DNA from: a virus
Taxonomy: Duplodnaviria > Caudoviricetes
Direction: 5' to 3' (one strand)
Virus record (IMG/VR): IMGVR_UViG_3300025102_000021
Location: 784 to 64,783 of that record
DNA: 64,000 bases
Shown: positions 9,102-19,100 of the stretch, in pieces
How positions within the stretch are numbered: the first letter of the stretch is position 1
How the letters are laid out: the number at the start of each line of letters is the position of its first letter
Made by a program: the position numbers and the translations under genes
Notes under the pieces: model-generated
Databases searched by the model: none
Told to the model about the DNA's origin: nothing
The model's input: only the letters and a program-made list of their open reading frames with translations

Positions 9102-10955
9102 ATGAACAATATCCTCTCAGATATTACTGTTCACATGAAGTATGCCAAGTATAATCCCGAGCTTAACCGCCGGGAAACTTGGGAGGAGCTTGTGGATCGT
9201 AATGTAGCAATGCACAAAAAGAAATACCCTAACCTAATAGACCAAATCGATGAAGCATATAAACTCGTATATAATAAGAAAATTTTGCCAAGCATGCGTT
9301 CGCTACAGTTCGCAGGCAAGCCCATTGAAATATCACCTAATCGCCTATACAACTGTAGCTATTTGCCTGCTGATAGTGTTGATTGTTTTAATGAAATAAT
9401 GTTCTTGCTCTTGTCTGGTTGTGGCGTAGGCTACTCAGTACAAAAGCATCACATTAAAAACCTACCGGCTATTATTAAGCCGTTTGATAAACGTAGTAGA
9501 CGTTTTGTTATTGGTGATAGTATTGAAGGTTGGTCTGACGCTGTTAAAGTTTTAGTTAAATCTTATCTTGGCAACAAGCGTACGTCTAAAATATTATTTG
9601 ATTACACTGACATCAGGCCAAAAGGCGCAAGACTTGTAACGTCTGGTGGTAAAGCACCTGGTCCTCAGCCATTAAAAGAATGTTTAATAAAAATAGAAGG
9701 AATATTAAATGCGAAAGAAGACGGATCGACTCTCAGTAGTATTGAGACTCACGATATTATTTGCCATATTGCTGATGCTGTCCTTGCTGGTGGCATAAGA
9801 CGCGCGGCTTTAATTAGTTTGTTTAGCGCTGCTGACGATGAAATGATCTCCTGTAAGTCAGGTGATTGGTGGGAAACAAACCCACAGCGTGGTAGAGCTA
9901 ATAACTCTGCTGTATTAATGAGACATAAAATTACTGAAGAGTTTTTTATGGACTTATGGAAACGTGTAGAACTATCTGGAGCTGGTGAGCCTGGTATTTA
10001 TCTTAACAACGATAAAGACTGGGGAACTAATCCATGCTGCGAGATAGCTTTGCGTCCGTTTCAATTTTGCAACCTATGTGAAGTTAATGTTTCAGATGTA
10101 GCTGATCAAGATGATTTTAACGCTAGAGTTAAGGCTGCAGCGTTTATCGGAACACTACAAGCTGGTTACACTGACTTTCATTACCTACGTGAAATATGGA
10201 AAGAGACAACAGAGAAAGACGCGCTTATAGGTGTGTCAATGACAGGGATCGGGAGTGCCGCTGTGCTCCAGCTGGATATGAAGGACGCTGCAAGTATCGT
10301 AAAGAAAGAAAACGCTCGAGTAGCAAAGCTAATCGGGATAAATAAGTCTGCGCGATGTACAACTGTAAAACCTGCAGGGACGACTTCTCTGGTGCTAGGA
10401 ACTTCATCTGGTATTCACGCATGGCATAACGATTATTATGTCCGTAGAATGCGCGTAGGAAAAAACGAGGCTATATATACATATTTATCTGTACACCACC
10501 CTGAGTTAGTTGAAGACGAGTTCTTCAGACCTCATGACACTGCAGTTATTTCTGTGCCTCAAAAAGCTCCTGAAGGATCAATACTAAGAACCGAATCACC
10601 GTTCGATACACTTGAGAGGGTGAAGCGTGTTGCTACTGAATGGGTGAAGCCCGGTCATCGTGTTGGTTCTAATTCACATAACGTGTCAGCTACCATATCA
10701 TTAAAAGATGATGAGTGGGACGCGGCTGGTAAGTGGATGTGGGACAATAGAGATCATTATAATGGTCTATCAGTATTACCATACAACGGTGGTACGTACA
10801 CTCAGGCTCCGTTTGAAGACATTGACGAAGCTAAGTTTATTGAAATGTCTAAAGTGTTATCTAATGTTGACTTGACAAAGGTTGTTGAGCTAGATGACAA
10901 CACAGATCTATCAGGCGAGCTTGCTTGTGCTGGTGGTAACTGTGAAGTAGTTTAA
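9102..10955 (+). CDS. nrdJ: Class II (adenosylcobalamin-dependent) ribonucleotide reductase
   Basis: RRETWEE, LPSMR, NC, GGIRRAA, TNPCCEI, FCNL, TVKPAGT and C-terminal CAGGNC. No beta subunit gene. Confidence 0.93.
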   Translation: MNNILSDITVHMKYAKYNPELNRRETWEELVDRNVAMHKKKYPNLIDQIDEAYKLVYNKKILPSMRSLQFAGKPIEISPNRLYNCSYLPADSVDCFNEIMFLLLSGCGVGYSVQKHHIKNLPAIIKPFDKRSRRFVIGDSIEGWSDAVKVLVKSYLGNKRTSKILFDYTDIRPKGARLVTSGGKAPGPQPLKECLIKIEGILNAKEDGSTLSSIETHDIICHIADAVLAGGIRRAALISLFSAADDEMISCKSGDWWETNPQRGRANNSAVLMRHKITEEFFMDLWKRVELSGAGEPGIYLNNDKDWGTNPCCEIALRPFQFCNLCEVNVSDVADQDDFNARVKAAAFIGTLQAGYTDFHYLREIWKETTEKDALIGVSMTGIGSAAVLQLDMKDAASIVKKENARVAKLIGINKSARCTTVKPAGTTSLVLGTSSGIHAWHNDYYVRRMRVGKNEAIYTYLSVHHPELVEDEFFRPHDTAVISVPQKAPEGSILRTESPFDTLERVKRVATEWVKPGHRVGSNSHNVSATISLKDDEWDAAGKWMWDNRDHYNGLSVLPYNGGTYTQAPFEDIDEAKFIEMSKVLSNVDLTKVVELDDNTDLSGELACAGGNCEVV

Positions 10956-10974
10956 TTTAATTTAATTTATTATT

Positions 10975-11166
10975 ATGACAGAATTACAAAGATTGTACAA
11001 TGAAATGTTAGTGACCTTAGAAAAAGGTATTAATGATCTAGAGAAGTTTGAAGATGGCAATATGTCAGCTGGAACTAGAGTACGTAAGACAATGCAGACA
11101 GTTAAAGATCTAGCTCAAAAAACTAGAGTTGCTGTTCAAGAGCAAAAGAACGCTGTAGCTAATTAA
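10975..11166 (+). CDS. Histone H1-like/Hc1-like small protein
   Basis: KFEDGNMSAGTRVRK motif. Confidence 0.65.
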   Translation: MTELQRLYNEMLVTLEKGINDLEKFEDGNMSAGTRVRKTMQTVKDLAQKTRVAVQEQKNAVAN

Positions 11167-11230
11167 ATAGCTAGAACGTAAACGATAATCATTATCGATA
11201 CGTAAAGCGCTTTGCTTATATCAATTTTAT

Positions 11231-11268
11231 GGTCCATAGGGTATTAATTACCTTGTGGACCTTTTTTT
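11231..11268 (+). terminator. Rho-independent terminator ending the replication operon
   Basis: GGTCCATAGGGTA-TTAAT-TACCTTGTGGACC hairpin followed by T7. Confidence 0.85.
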
Positions 11269-11287
11269 ATATTAAGTAATTGTTAAT

Positions 11288-11590
11288 TTATGAAACGTTG
11301 CTACTAGAAGCTCTACGTCTACCCATGCCAACTTTCTTTTTAGCTCTAACAACTTTAGATTTTTCACCTTGATTCATTTCACCCCAAGACTTTGGTGACT
11401 TACTGCTAACTCGTCTAGAAGGTCTACAAACTTTAGTATTTTTGTTTTCGCTAGAACCACAAACATTGCCTTTTTCGTCTTTCCACTCTTCCTTAAACCA
11501 TCTTTTTAGATTAGCTCCAGCTTGAGTTTTACGAACTTGAAGAGGAGATCTTCTTGTTCTCTTGCCATGCATAGTTCTTCTAGTTTTCAT
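11288..11590 (-). CDS. Small basic protein
   Basis: GANLKRWFKEEWKD...CRPSRRVSSKSPKSW, very Lys/Arg rich. Confidence 0.75.
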   Translation of the reverse strand: MKTRRTMHGKRTRRSPLQVRKTQAGANLKRWFKEEWKDEKGNVCGSSENKNTKVCRPSRRVSSKSPKSWGEMNQGEKSKVVRAKKKVGMGRRRASSSNVS

Positions 11591-11946
11591 TACTTACCTT
11601 TGTTTTTTCTACATTTAGCGATCATACCACTAGCGTAGGCTGAAGGAAATACTTTGTGAGCTCTTTTAGCTTTGTAGTAACAAGCGTCCTTTAGCTTTGC
11701 AGGAGAGTTCTTTTTACAACTACCAGGTGCGCATGGAGCCGTACCTTTTACTCTTGAGTAGCCATCATAGCAAGCGCATCCTTTTTTCTTGTAAGGACTG
11801 TGGTCGTAACCTTTCTTTCCTAAAGCTAAATGCTCTTCGTAAGTTTCAGCTTTTTCAGTTTTATACATATTGTGGGCTTTAAACCCTTTCTTTTTAACTG
11901 GTGAAGCCGTCATTGTGACCGGCGATTTTGTCATTTTATATCCCAT
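11590..11946 (-). CDS. Small basic Cys-containing protein (likely start MGYKMTKSP)
   Basis: Four SP motifs and DACYYKAK...FPSAYASG. Start moved to 11946 to remove the overlap with the upstream gene. Confidence 0.7.
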   Translation of the reverse strand: MGYKMTKSPVTMTASPVKKKGFKAHNMYKTEKAETYEEHLALGKKGYDHSPYKKKGCACYDGYSRVKGTAPCAPGSCKKNSPAKLKDACYYKAKRAHKVFPSAYASGMIAKCRKNKGK

Positions 11947-11956
11947 AACTTTGCTT

Positions 11957-12478
11957 TTAACATTTCCATCTTGCTCTAGCAGCTTTACCTCTTTCGCCAG
12001 TCCAGCTTTTTGATCTTGCACAAAATGATTTTCTACGCTTAGCGGCTTTACTACCAGGTTTAACCTTTCCAGTAACAGCTGTTTTTAATTTACTACCTGG
12101 ATTTTCTTTTTTATACTGAGCAACTCCTTTAGCTGTCATGCCAGCTCCTTCCTGTGCAGATCTAAATGTTCTACCTTTTCCTTTGGTAGTCTTTCTCATC
12201 GCGACAGGGCTGCTTTCTTGCTTTTTACTTTCTGCTTTTACTTGTGCAACGCCAGCCTTGTTTTCAGACCTTTTTTCACTCATTGTTTTTTCTTCAGCGT
12301 GAGTGTGTTTATGCGTGCTTTCTTTTACATTTTCTTGAGCGCCTTCTTGTTCTTTTCTGTTCTTAAATATATTACTTACTATTCTACCAGTACCACCCAT
12401 CAAAAACTTCCCTGGAGAAGGTTTTATAGGAGAAACAGACGTTTTGTCTATTTGTATTTTTTTTTGTATATAAGCCAT
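11957..12478 (-). CDS. Basic protein
   Basis: C-term GMTAKGVAQYKKENPGSKLKTAV...RRKSFCAR...RWKC. Confidence 0.75.
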   Translation of the reverse strand: MAYIQKKIQIDKTSVSPIKPSPGKFLMGGTGRIVSNIFKNRKEQEGAQENVKESTHKHTHAEEKTMSEKRSENKAGVAQVKAESKKQESSPVAMRKTTKGKGRTFRSAQEGAGMTAKGVAQYKKENPGSKLKTAVTGKVKPGSKAAKRRKSFCARSKSWTGERGKAARARWKC

Positions 12479-12861
12479 TAGTTATTCGTATTAAAATTAG
12501 CTACAAAAGAAGAATCATCTTGTATGTCATACTCTAAGTATACTTGAGCAGATCCTTCAGCGTTTGTTAGACGCGCTACAACATCATATTCTGTAGTTAT
12601 AATTCTTCCACCACACAAAACATCAACCGTGCTACCTACAGGTATAATCACATCTTTTAACAAGTAGTTTCTAGATGTTACATTAGTAGATCTATTTAAA
12701 GATCTAATAATAATGTCAACAGTGCAGGCTACATTAACAGTATTGGTAACGAAAAGTTTTTTAAGAGTTAACTTTTCTGCAGCCAAGCCAGTATTACCAC
12801 CAAGCCCTGAGTATAGTTTTACCTCCGTATTATCTATTAATGATCTTAATATTACTCTCAT
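12478..12861 (-). CDS. Hypothetical beta-rich (probable virion) protein
   Basis: 127-aa ORF in the late operon. Confidence 0.65.
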   Translation of the reverse strand: MRVILRSLIDNTEVKLYSGLGGNTGLAAEKLTLKKLFVTNTVNVACTVDIIIRSLNRSTNVTSRNYLLKDVIIPVGSTVDVLCGGRIITTEYDVVARLTNAEGSAQVYLEYDIQDDSSFVANFNTNN

Positions 12862-12896
12862 TACTTTATTATTACTCGCTTTTTTTATATTTCACG

Positions 12897-13364
12897 CTAC
12901 GACACGTTGACTACTCCTCTATTGTTCCAAAGTTTATTTCTGTCTCTAGGTCTACTTGTAGGTAGTGTGCTAGCGTCAAGTTGCGAAGCGTCTGTTGTTC
13001 CAGCAGCCCCGTCAGCACCATCAGCACCAGCAGGCCCTCTTGCTCCGTCAGCGCCTCTTGCCCCAGCCGCACCTGCAGCACCTGTATCTCCTTTTGCTCC
13101 AGCAGGACCTTGTGGTCCTTGAGCTCCATCACCAACTTCAGATGTTATATACCTTCTAAGCTCTTCTATATCTTCCGTTAGCTGTTGTATTGCATATAAA
13201 GCAGGCGCTAAGTTTTCAAACATGCCAGCGTCTTCTATATGCTCGCCTCTATCAAACTTGTCTTTAATTTCAGTTTCTTTAGCTGTGTCTATAGACTTAG
13301 AGTCTTTTGAACCTCCAGTTTTCTTATTAAATATGTCTGATGATTTTCTATTTCCTAAAGCCAT
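12897..13364 (-). CDS. Collagen-like (Gly-X-Y repeat) virion fibre protein
   Basis: GAQGPQGPAGAKGDTGAAGAAGARGADGARGPAGADGADGAAG. Confidence 0.85.
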   Translation of the reverse strand: MALGNRKSSDIFNKKTGGSKDSKSIDTAKETEIKDKFDRGEHIEDAGMFENLAPALYAIQQLTEDIEELRRYITSEVGDGAQGPQGPAGAKGDTGAAGAAGARGADGARGPAGADGADGAAGTTDASQLDASTLPTSRPRDRNKLWNNRGVVNVS

Positions 13365-13367
13365 AAT

Positions 13368-14567
13368 TTATGTTGTATATTCCCAAACTATTGTCAGTAT
13401 TACTTGTGCTGATGCACCAGCGCTTCTTTGAAGAGCTACACCTATAGCATCTCCTGCGGCAAAACTATTAGTATTCATTGTTGTTATTACGGTTGTTTGA
13501 GCAGTGCTTAAATCTATACTTGTATTATCAACATGTGTACCGTCTTCTAATTTATCTGTAGTATCTGTTATTTTTGATATTCTTAGCTCACAGCTAGAAC
13601 CTAAGCTTGTTTGAGACCTTACTGCTATCTTTTTTATAGTACCAGGATAAGGAGCTAAAGTTCTAGTCCAATAATTAGTCATAGGACCTCCGTTAGTACT
13701 TTCGTTTAAGTTATTAAAAGGCACATAATTTTTAATGCTAGTATTGTTGCTTAGCTGAAAGTTATGTGTTGTTACGCATATTTGCTTGACTCTATCAGAA
13801 TCAAAAGTACCAGCTGTTATTTTGCTTGCGTTTAAGCTTGGTATTTGAGCGTCGCCAAGAGTTCCAGCGTTTATCTTACTAGCGTTTAAGTTAGGTATAT
13901 CGCTATCGACAATCTCACCTCTAATAGTTGCCGATGATTTATCTTCAACGTTACCTAGCGATGCGTCACCCTTAAATTCTGCAAGTGTTCTAGATTTAAG
14001 ATTACCACTACCACCATCAACAATAACAGCTGTAGCACTAGAACCTTTACCGCCGATTGCAAACGTAGGTATTCCATCTTCATCTATTGAAGCTACGGTA
14101 GACCCAGCGCCATTGATGAAGTCAAACGTATGTGTTCCTGCAGAGCTTGCTTCGTCGTAATCAATTCTAAACTTAATACTTTGGGCAGACTCTAAGTGCA
14201 CATCGTAGCCACCCATTCCTTTTATTAAACCACCGTTTGCGTCAAGGTGATCAGAGAGAGTCATTGTATCAAAAGTCAAGTCGTACTCGTCTGAAGAGGT
14301 GCCGCTGCTAGTGTCTGTCCAGTTTATATTTATACCATAACCTTCTTTAAACTTCCAGTGTTTTCCGTCTGATATAACAACGTCTGTAGTATCACCGTCT
14401 TCAACGGTGAAAGACATGTCATCTCCAGCGTTAGCGTTTTTAGTTACCTTACCGTCTGAGTCAACAACGAGTATATTTGTTTCAGTAGAAGTTTCTAGGT
14501 TTTCTAAATAAACCGTAGTTCTAAATCTACTAATTAAATTCCATATATGCTGACCTATCCATTTCAC
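13368..14567 (-). CDS. Tail fibre/spike-like protein
   Basis: G/S/T-rich with shaft repeats IPNLNASKINAGTL / IPSLNASKITAGTF and a beta-rich C-terminal head. Confidence 0.7.
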   Translation of the reverse strand: MKWIGQHIWNLISRFRTTVYLENLETSTETNILVVDSDGKVTKNANAGDDMSFTVEDGDTTDVVISDGKHWKFKEGYGININWTDTSSGTSSDEYDLTFDTMTLSDHLDANGGLIKGMGGYDVHLESAQSIKFRIDYDEASSAGTHTFDFINGAGSTVASIDEDGIPTFAIGGKGSSATAVIVDGGSGNLKSRTLAEFKGDASLGNVEDKSSATIRGEIVDSDIPNLNASKINAGTLGDAQIPSLNASKITAGTFDSDRVKQICVTTHNFQLSNNTSIKNYVPFNNLNESTNGGPMTNYWTRTLAPYPGTIKKIAVRSQTSLGSSCELRISKITDTTDKLEDGTHVDNTSIDLSTAQTTVITTMNTNSFAAGDAIGVALQRSAGASAQVILTIVWEYTT

Positions 14568-15034
14568 TAATCGTAGTCTATATATTCAATTACTACCTCT
14601 TGACCTTGCTCAATAGCTTTAGCAATGCTTGGGTAAATTCGTTTATACGCGTTAACAGATTTTCCAACAAATCCATCTCTAAGTATAAGGTTGTTTTCTT
14701 GGCTATCCCCAACGATAAGACACCCAGCAGTATGCTCGTCAGTGTTTCCAGTATGAATAAGAATATACTCAAAACCAGGAACATCAGTGACGTGAAGCAT
14801 ACCACGATGTATGCCAGGGTATTTTTTATCATAACGCGCATGGAAACCTCCTTCTTTTCTTAATTCTATTTTGTACGTGCCCGCAGGTATTCTAGTTTCA
14901 CCTTTAACCTTTAGAGCTCTTTGCTCGTCTTCCAACGTGTAGCATAAAAAGTGTCTGCCCAAATCGTTTACTTCAAACAATAGGCCATGCGTGCAATCTA
15001 CTTGCGAGCTAAATCTTAATACTTCTAATTTCAT
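14567..15034 (-). CDS. DUF5675-like Cys/His peptidase (L,D-transpeptidase-like), candidate endolysin
   Basis: CYTLED, IPAGTY, ILIHTGNTDEHTAGCLIVG. Near three small membrane proteins. Confidence 0.75.
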   Translation of the reverse strand: MKLEVLRFSSQVDCTHGLLFEVNDLGRHFLCYTLEDEQRALKVKGETRIPAGTYKIELRKEGGFHARYDKKYPGIHRGMLHVTDVPGFEYILIHTGNTDEHTAGCLIVGDSQENNLILRDGFVGKSVNAYKRIYPSIAKAIEQGQEVVIEYIDYD

Positions 15035-15405
15035 TACGACTTAGTGTAGTATGAATACTCTACTATACAAGCAGCCGTGTCAGCTTGAACCTCTATTCCT
15101 GTGCTAGGATTTATAGGTAGCCACAACCATTCGCCAGCCGTTAACTTAGCAAAAGCTGTGCCGCCATCAGTTTTTACTGTTACAAAGTTCGTAGTGTCAG
15201 TGTTTTTAATATATATGTGCGTGACAGCTGAAACGCTGCTAGCTACTAAAACGGTTGCCGAACCATGCGCTATGCTCAGCCTGTTGTTAGAAACAGAAGG
15301 AGCAGCGTCTACAGTTAAACTGTCTGACTCAGTTAAAGATAAAGCGTTAGTAGATACTTGACCAGCACTAGCCTGTAGCGTTAATGTTGCTTTTAATGTT
15401 GCCAT
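15034..15405 (-). CDS. Small beta-rich virion protein
   Basis: Ala/Thr/Ser-rich, HIYIKNTDTTNFV. Confidence 0.65.
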   Translation of the reverse strand: MATLKATLTLQASAGQVSTNALSLTESDSLTVDAAPSVSNNRLSIAHGSATVLVASSVSAVTHIYIKNTDTTNFVTVKTDGGTAFAKLTAGEWLWLPINPSTGIEVQADTAACIVEYSYYTKS

Positions 15406-15423
15406 TTTATTATTATTTATTTG

Positions 15424-15642
15424 TTATTCACAAGCTCTAATACCTGCTAATTCTTTTTCTAATTCATTTATTCTGTCATCATTTTCATTGATGATTTTTA
15501 TTTTTTTTTCAAGCCTTTGCTCTAACACCATAATATCCTCTTCTAGCTGACCTATTTGACTATAGGCTATACCCATAGTAAAGATAATACCTATTATCCA
15601 TATTATGTTACCTACTGATATTTCTAGATTTTTACTTATCAT
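15424..15642 (-). CDS. Membrane protein with coiled coil (lysis-associated?)
   Basis: N-terminal TM segment IIWIIGIIFTMGIAY followed by a coiled coil. Confidence 0.65.
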   Translation of the reverse strand: MISKNLEISVGNIIWIIGIIFTMGIAYSQIGQLEEDIMVLEQRLEKKIKIINENDDRINELEKELAGIRACE

Positions 15643-15844
15643 TTCTCTTGATAAACTCTAATATTATGTCAATTTTTCTCATCATTTCGTTTATATTGTC
15701 TGCGGCTTTCTCGTGATGGCGTGAAAACTGATTTTTAACCTCATATAAACTGAATACTAAAAACCTGTAAAGAGCGTATAAAGCGCCTAAAAGAAGCACT
15801 AGAGGCAACCCATAACCTTCTATTAATTTTAAAATTTCTTCCAT
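15632..15844 (-). CDS. Holin-like membrane protein
   Basis: MEEILKLIEGYGLPLVLLLGALYALY single TM. Start reassigned to 15844. Confidence 0.6.
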   Translation of the reverse strand: MEEILKLIEGYGLPLVLLLGALYALYRFLVFSLYEVKNQFSRHHEKAADNINEMMRKIDIILEFIKRNDK

Positions 15845-15845
15845 G

Positions 15846-16085
15846 TTAAGATCCAAAAAACATTTTAGCAAGAGCAGCGGCGACTATACCATATATAACC
15901 CACATAGCTCTAGCTAAAGTTTTTCGAGCCGATGTGTTTTGGTTAACTCTAGCAGTAACACCTTTATCAGGGTCTAGTAATTGCTTAGTAAGCGTATCTA
16001 GCTTCTCGTCCATCTTGTCGAGTTTCTTATCCATTTGATCCATTCTCTGCTGCATTAATGCTATTTCTTTATCAACCGTTGCCAT
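15846..16085 (-). CDS. Coiled-coil + C-terminal TM protein (holin/XhlA-like)
   Basis: MDQMDKKLDKMDEKLD heptads and TM AMWVIYGIVAAALA. Confidence 0.6.
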   Translation of the reverse strand: MATVDKEIALMQQRMDQMDKKLDKMDEKLDTLTKQLLDPDKGVTARVNQNTSARKTLARAMWVIYGIVAAALAKMFFGS

Positions 16086-16102
16086 TGTTTTATTATTACA
16101 TA

Positions 16103-19100
16103 TTAATCGTGGTAGTAACAGTTACCAGATTTAGAGTTAGTTTTCATTTTACATCTTTTGCCATCTGGCTTAATATGCTTACACTGTTTTTTCTCTCCAG
16201 TTTCGTTTTGCTCCACTTTTTCGTGAACAGTACAAAACCCATCTTTAACTGGTTTTCTTTTACATCTATTACCTTTAGAGCTTATAGCGGCACAAGTAGC
16301 TTCTTCACCTTCTTTTTTCTGCTTTTCAATATTCTCTTTAACTTTTTGCTCGTTCTCCTTAACCTCTTGTTCTTTCTTTTCTTGCTTTTTCTTTTCAGCT
16401 TGTTCTTTTCGATCTTTAGCTTTTTTAGCATCAAGCTCTTGTTCAACCTTAAGCTGATTCATACGCTTGGTATCTAATGTAACTACGTACTCGTTTTCTT
16501 TACCTTCGTTTTTAATAACCTCAGTTCCAACGTTTAAGTCCCAAGCGCTCCAACCTAAGAACAACATCATACGCTGCGTGTTGCTGTTATCTTTATTTAA
16601 GGCTTCTCTTATGTTATCTATTTTACGTATAGCTCTAGCCATCGGTAAGTTTGTTGTAGCCTCAACCACGTTACCAATAGCCTGCCAAGCAGGGCTATCG
16701 TAATCTAACATAGACATTTCGCTCATTACATCTCTACTAAACTTACGGGTTCTACCTGCAGAGTAAAGTTTTCGAGCTTTTGACCCAAGTGGTGGAGATA
16801 CATTTAAAGCCTCAATAACAACTTGAGCGTAGTCTGCTCTCCACCCTTTAGCGTCTTCCTCCATGTATTTCATAATCGCGTTTTTAAGAGTAGCAAGGGC
16901 AGCTCCATATATACCAGATCCTCTAGCTAAAGAGTCAAACATACTATTTAATATTCTAGAGTGTTTAGTGTCTTCGGTTCTATCTTTAGCCGCTTGCTGT
17001 GCTTCTGTCAACTCTTCGTCGTCATCAAAAGCTAAAGCAAACAATGCGTTTTGCATAGCTGCAAATATAAAGTTTTGGACAGCGCCATAGTAAACTATTC
17101 TTGAAACGTTGCTTCTCCAGTCGCCTCTACCATTTATTAAATCACCAGCAGCTTTTTTTATAAGTCTGTTGTACTGCATTGGTGTGTTGGCAAAAGCAAG
17201 TATAATTCTACCTAAGTTAGAAGCTTGTTGCTGTGATATTTTATCAGGTCTAGCCGACTGCTGAGTTTCTTCTGCTATTTCTTGAAAGTCTAAAAAAGCT
17301 TGAGACTCAGCTTCAGCTTGAGACATACCTTGTTTTAAGTATTTGTTAACTCTATTTCTATAAAATGAAGCACCACCAGAAGCAATAGCAAAGCTATCCG
17401 CTATTTGTGTTGGTGTAAAACCTATTTTAAGTAGATAGCCTAAAGCGGCTTTAGCTTTATTTGTAGCACCAGCAACAGCGTTTGCAAGTTCTGCCTCATT
17501 TACGTTAGTAGCTAGACCAGCTCTTCTGTTTCTTAAAAAGTCAGAGTTAAACAGAAAGCTAAAATCAGACCAATATTGTTTTTGGTTAGCAAAAGCTTTA
17601 CCAGCTTTAAATATGTTATTGTCCTCAAAGTTAATAAAGTTAACTGTAGACAAGGTTTGTAGCACAGCCGATCTAGCGTTAAAGAACATAATAGCACCAA
17701 CAGAGTTGTTGATCCAGTTGTTCCATGCGTTTTCAAACCTAGTAGCGCCTTTTCTACGGTTTTGGCCAGTCTCCATACGGTATAATATATCCTCTAGAGC
17801 TGATCTAAAGTTACTACCATATATAGCTTCGATTTTATTTAAGTTGTCTGGCGAAAATATTATATCTTTGTTTTCTAAAAACTCAGCTAAAAACTGTTTT
17901 CTACCAATTCTACTAGTAGCGTTTTGTAAGTCAAAGGCAATGTTCTCAACGTCCCAATTTTCAGTAGGCTCTAAATAACCTTGCTCTTGTCTAGATATTT
18001 TACCTAGCGCGTCAGCGTAAGCCATAAGCTCTTGATTCTGCCTAACTAAGTTTGTCATGTTAATTTTAGCCGAGTTAGATAGTCCAGGAATATCATAACC
18101 AGCTTTATCAAATAAATAAACTCTTACAGCCATGTCGTAAGTATATTTGCCGCCCTCTGTAAGTTTACCTAATAGCTTCTTTACACTAGGAAACTCTTTT
18201 TGCAAAGCTTTATAATCGTCTCTAATAGCTTGCTTCTGTTGGCTCATAGCTCTGTCTGCTCTAGCAAAAGGCTTTATTAAAGCCTCTTCAAAAAACTTTA
18301 CGTCTACGTCTCCCTGTGCTCCTGTACCAGCGAAGTATCTAAGTAAACCGGCAAAGTCTTCTGCTGAAGGAGGAACAAAAAAGGTAAATCTACCTTTGTT
18401 TTTACCTCTTCTTCTAGCTTCAACTCTAGAAAATGTTTTTTGAGCTCCAACGCCTTTGGTTCTTTCAAGCATTTGGTTAAACGTATCGTTAAACTCTTTA
18501 CTGAAGTTAATTCTTGCTTGAACAGACTTTCCTTTAACGTCCAATGCGTCAAACACACGTTTAACAGCCTTAACGTTTGATAGAGCGTCGTCAACAAAAT
18601 ACATGTCGTTATAGCCTTCAGCGTACTTTTGCACAAACCATTGCGCTTTTGCTTCACCCTCGCTTTTACCTAGTCCAGTAATATTTTCTAAAGGTATATT
18701 TATACCTTGATCTTTTAGAAACTGATGTATTGGACTAGCGGAAGCAGCAGGTCTAGCAGTTAATACATACACGTTGTCTGACCCATACTTTTTAATTTGA
18801 TTCTTCATCTTTTGTAAAAGAGGACCAGGTGTTCCATCTACTACTTTATTAAACTCTGAAAAATCATACTCAGCACCTTGAGCAAGTAAGTCCGCTCCAC
18901 GTAGAGCAAAGTCTTCAGCGTTGATTCTATCTTTTATATAGCCTTTCGTGAAGTCGTCCATTTCTTTAACGAACTCGGCTGGTAGCGCTTCTCCTTGTTT
19001 TAAGTTGTCTGTGTTTATTTCCACAAAGCCTTTAGCAGAGTATGGAAAAAATGTTACCATCTCTTTAAATGCTTTTTTGTTTTTCTTAGCTGACTCTATA

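Noticed and set aside
16058-16477. Phe/Leu-rich plus-strand ORF and similar antisense ORFs (e.g. 12218, 49017, 49484, 53365)
   Set aside because: Shadows of Lys/Glu-rich genes on the opposite strand.
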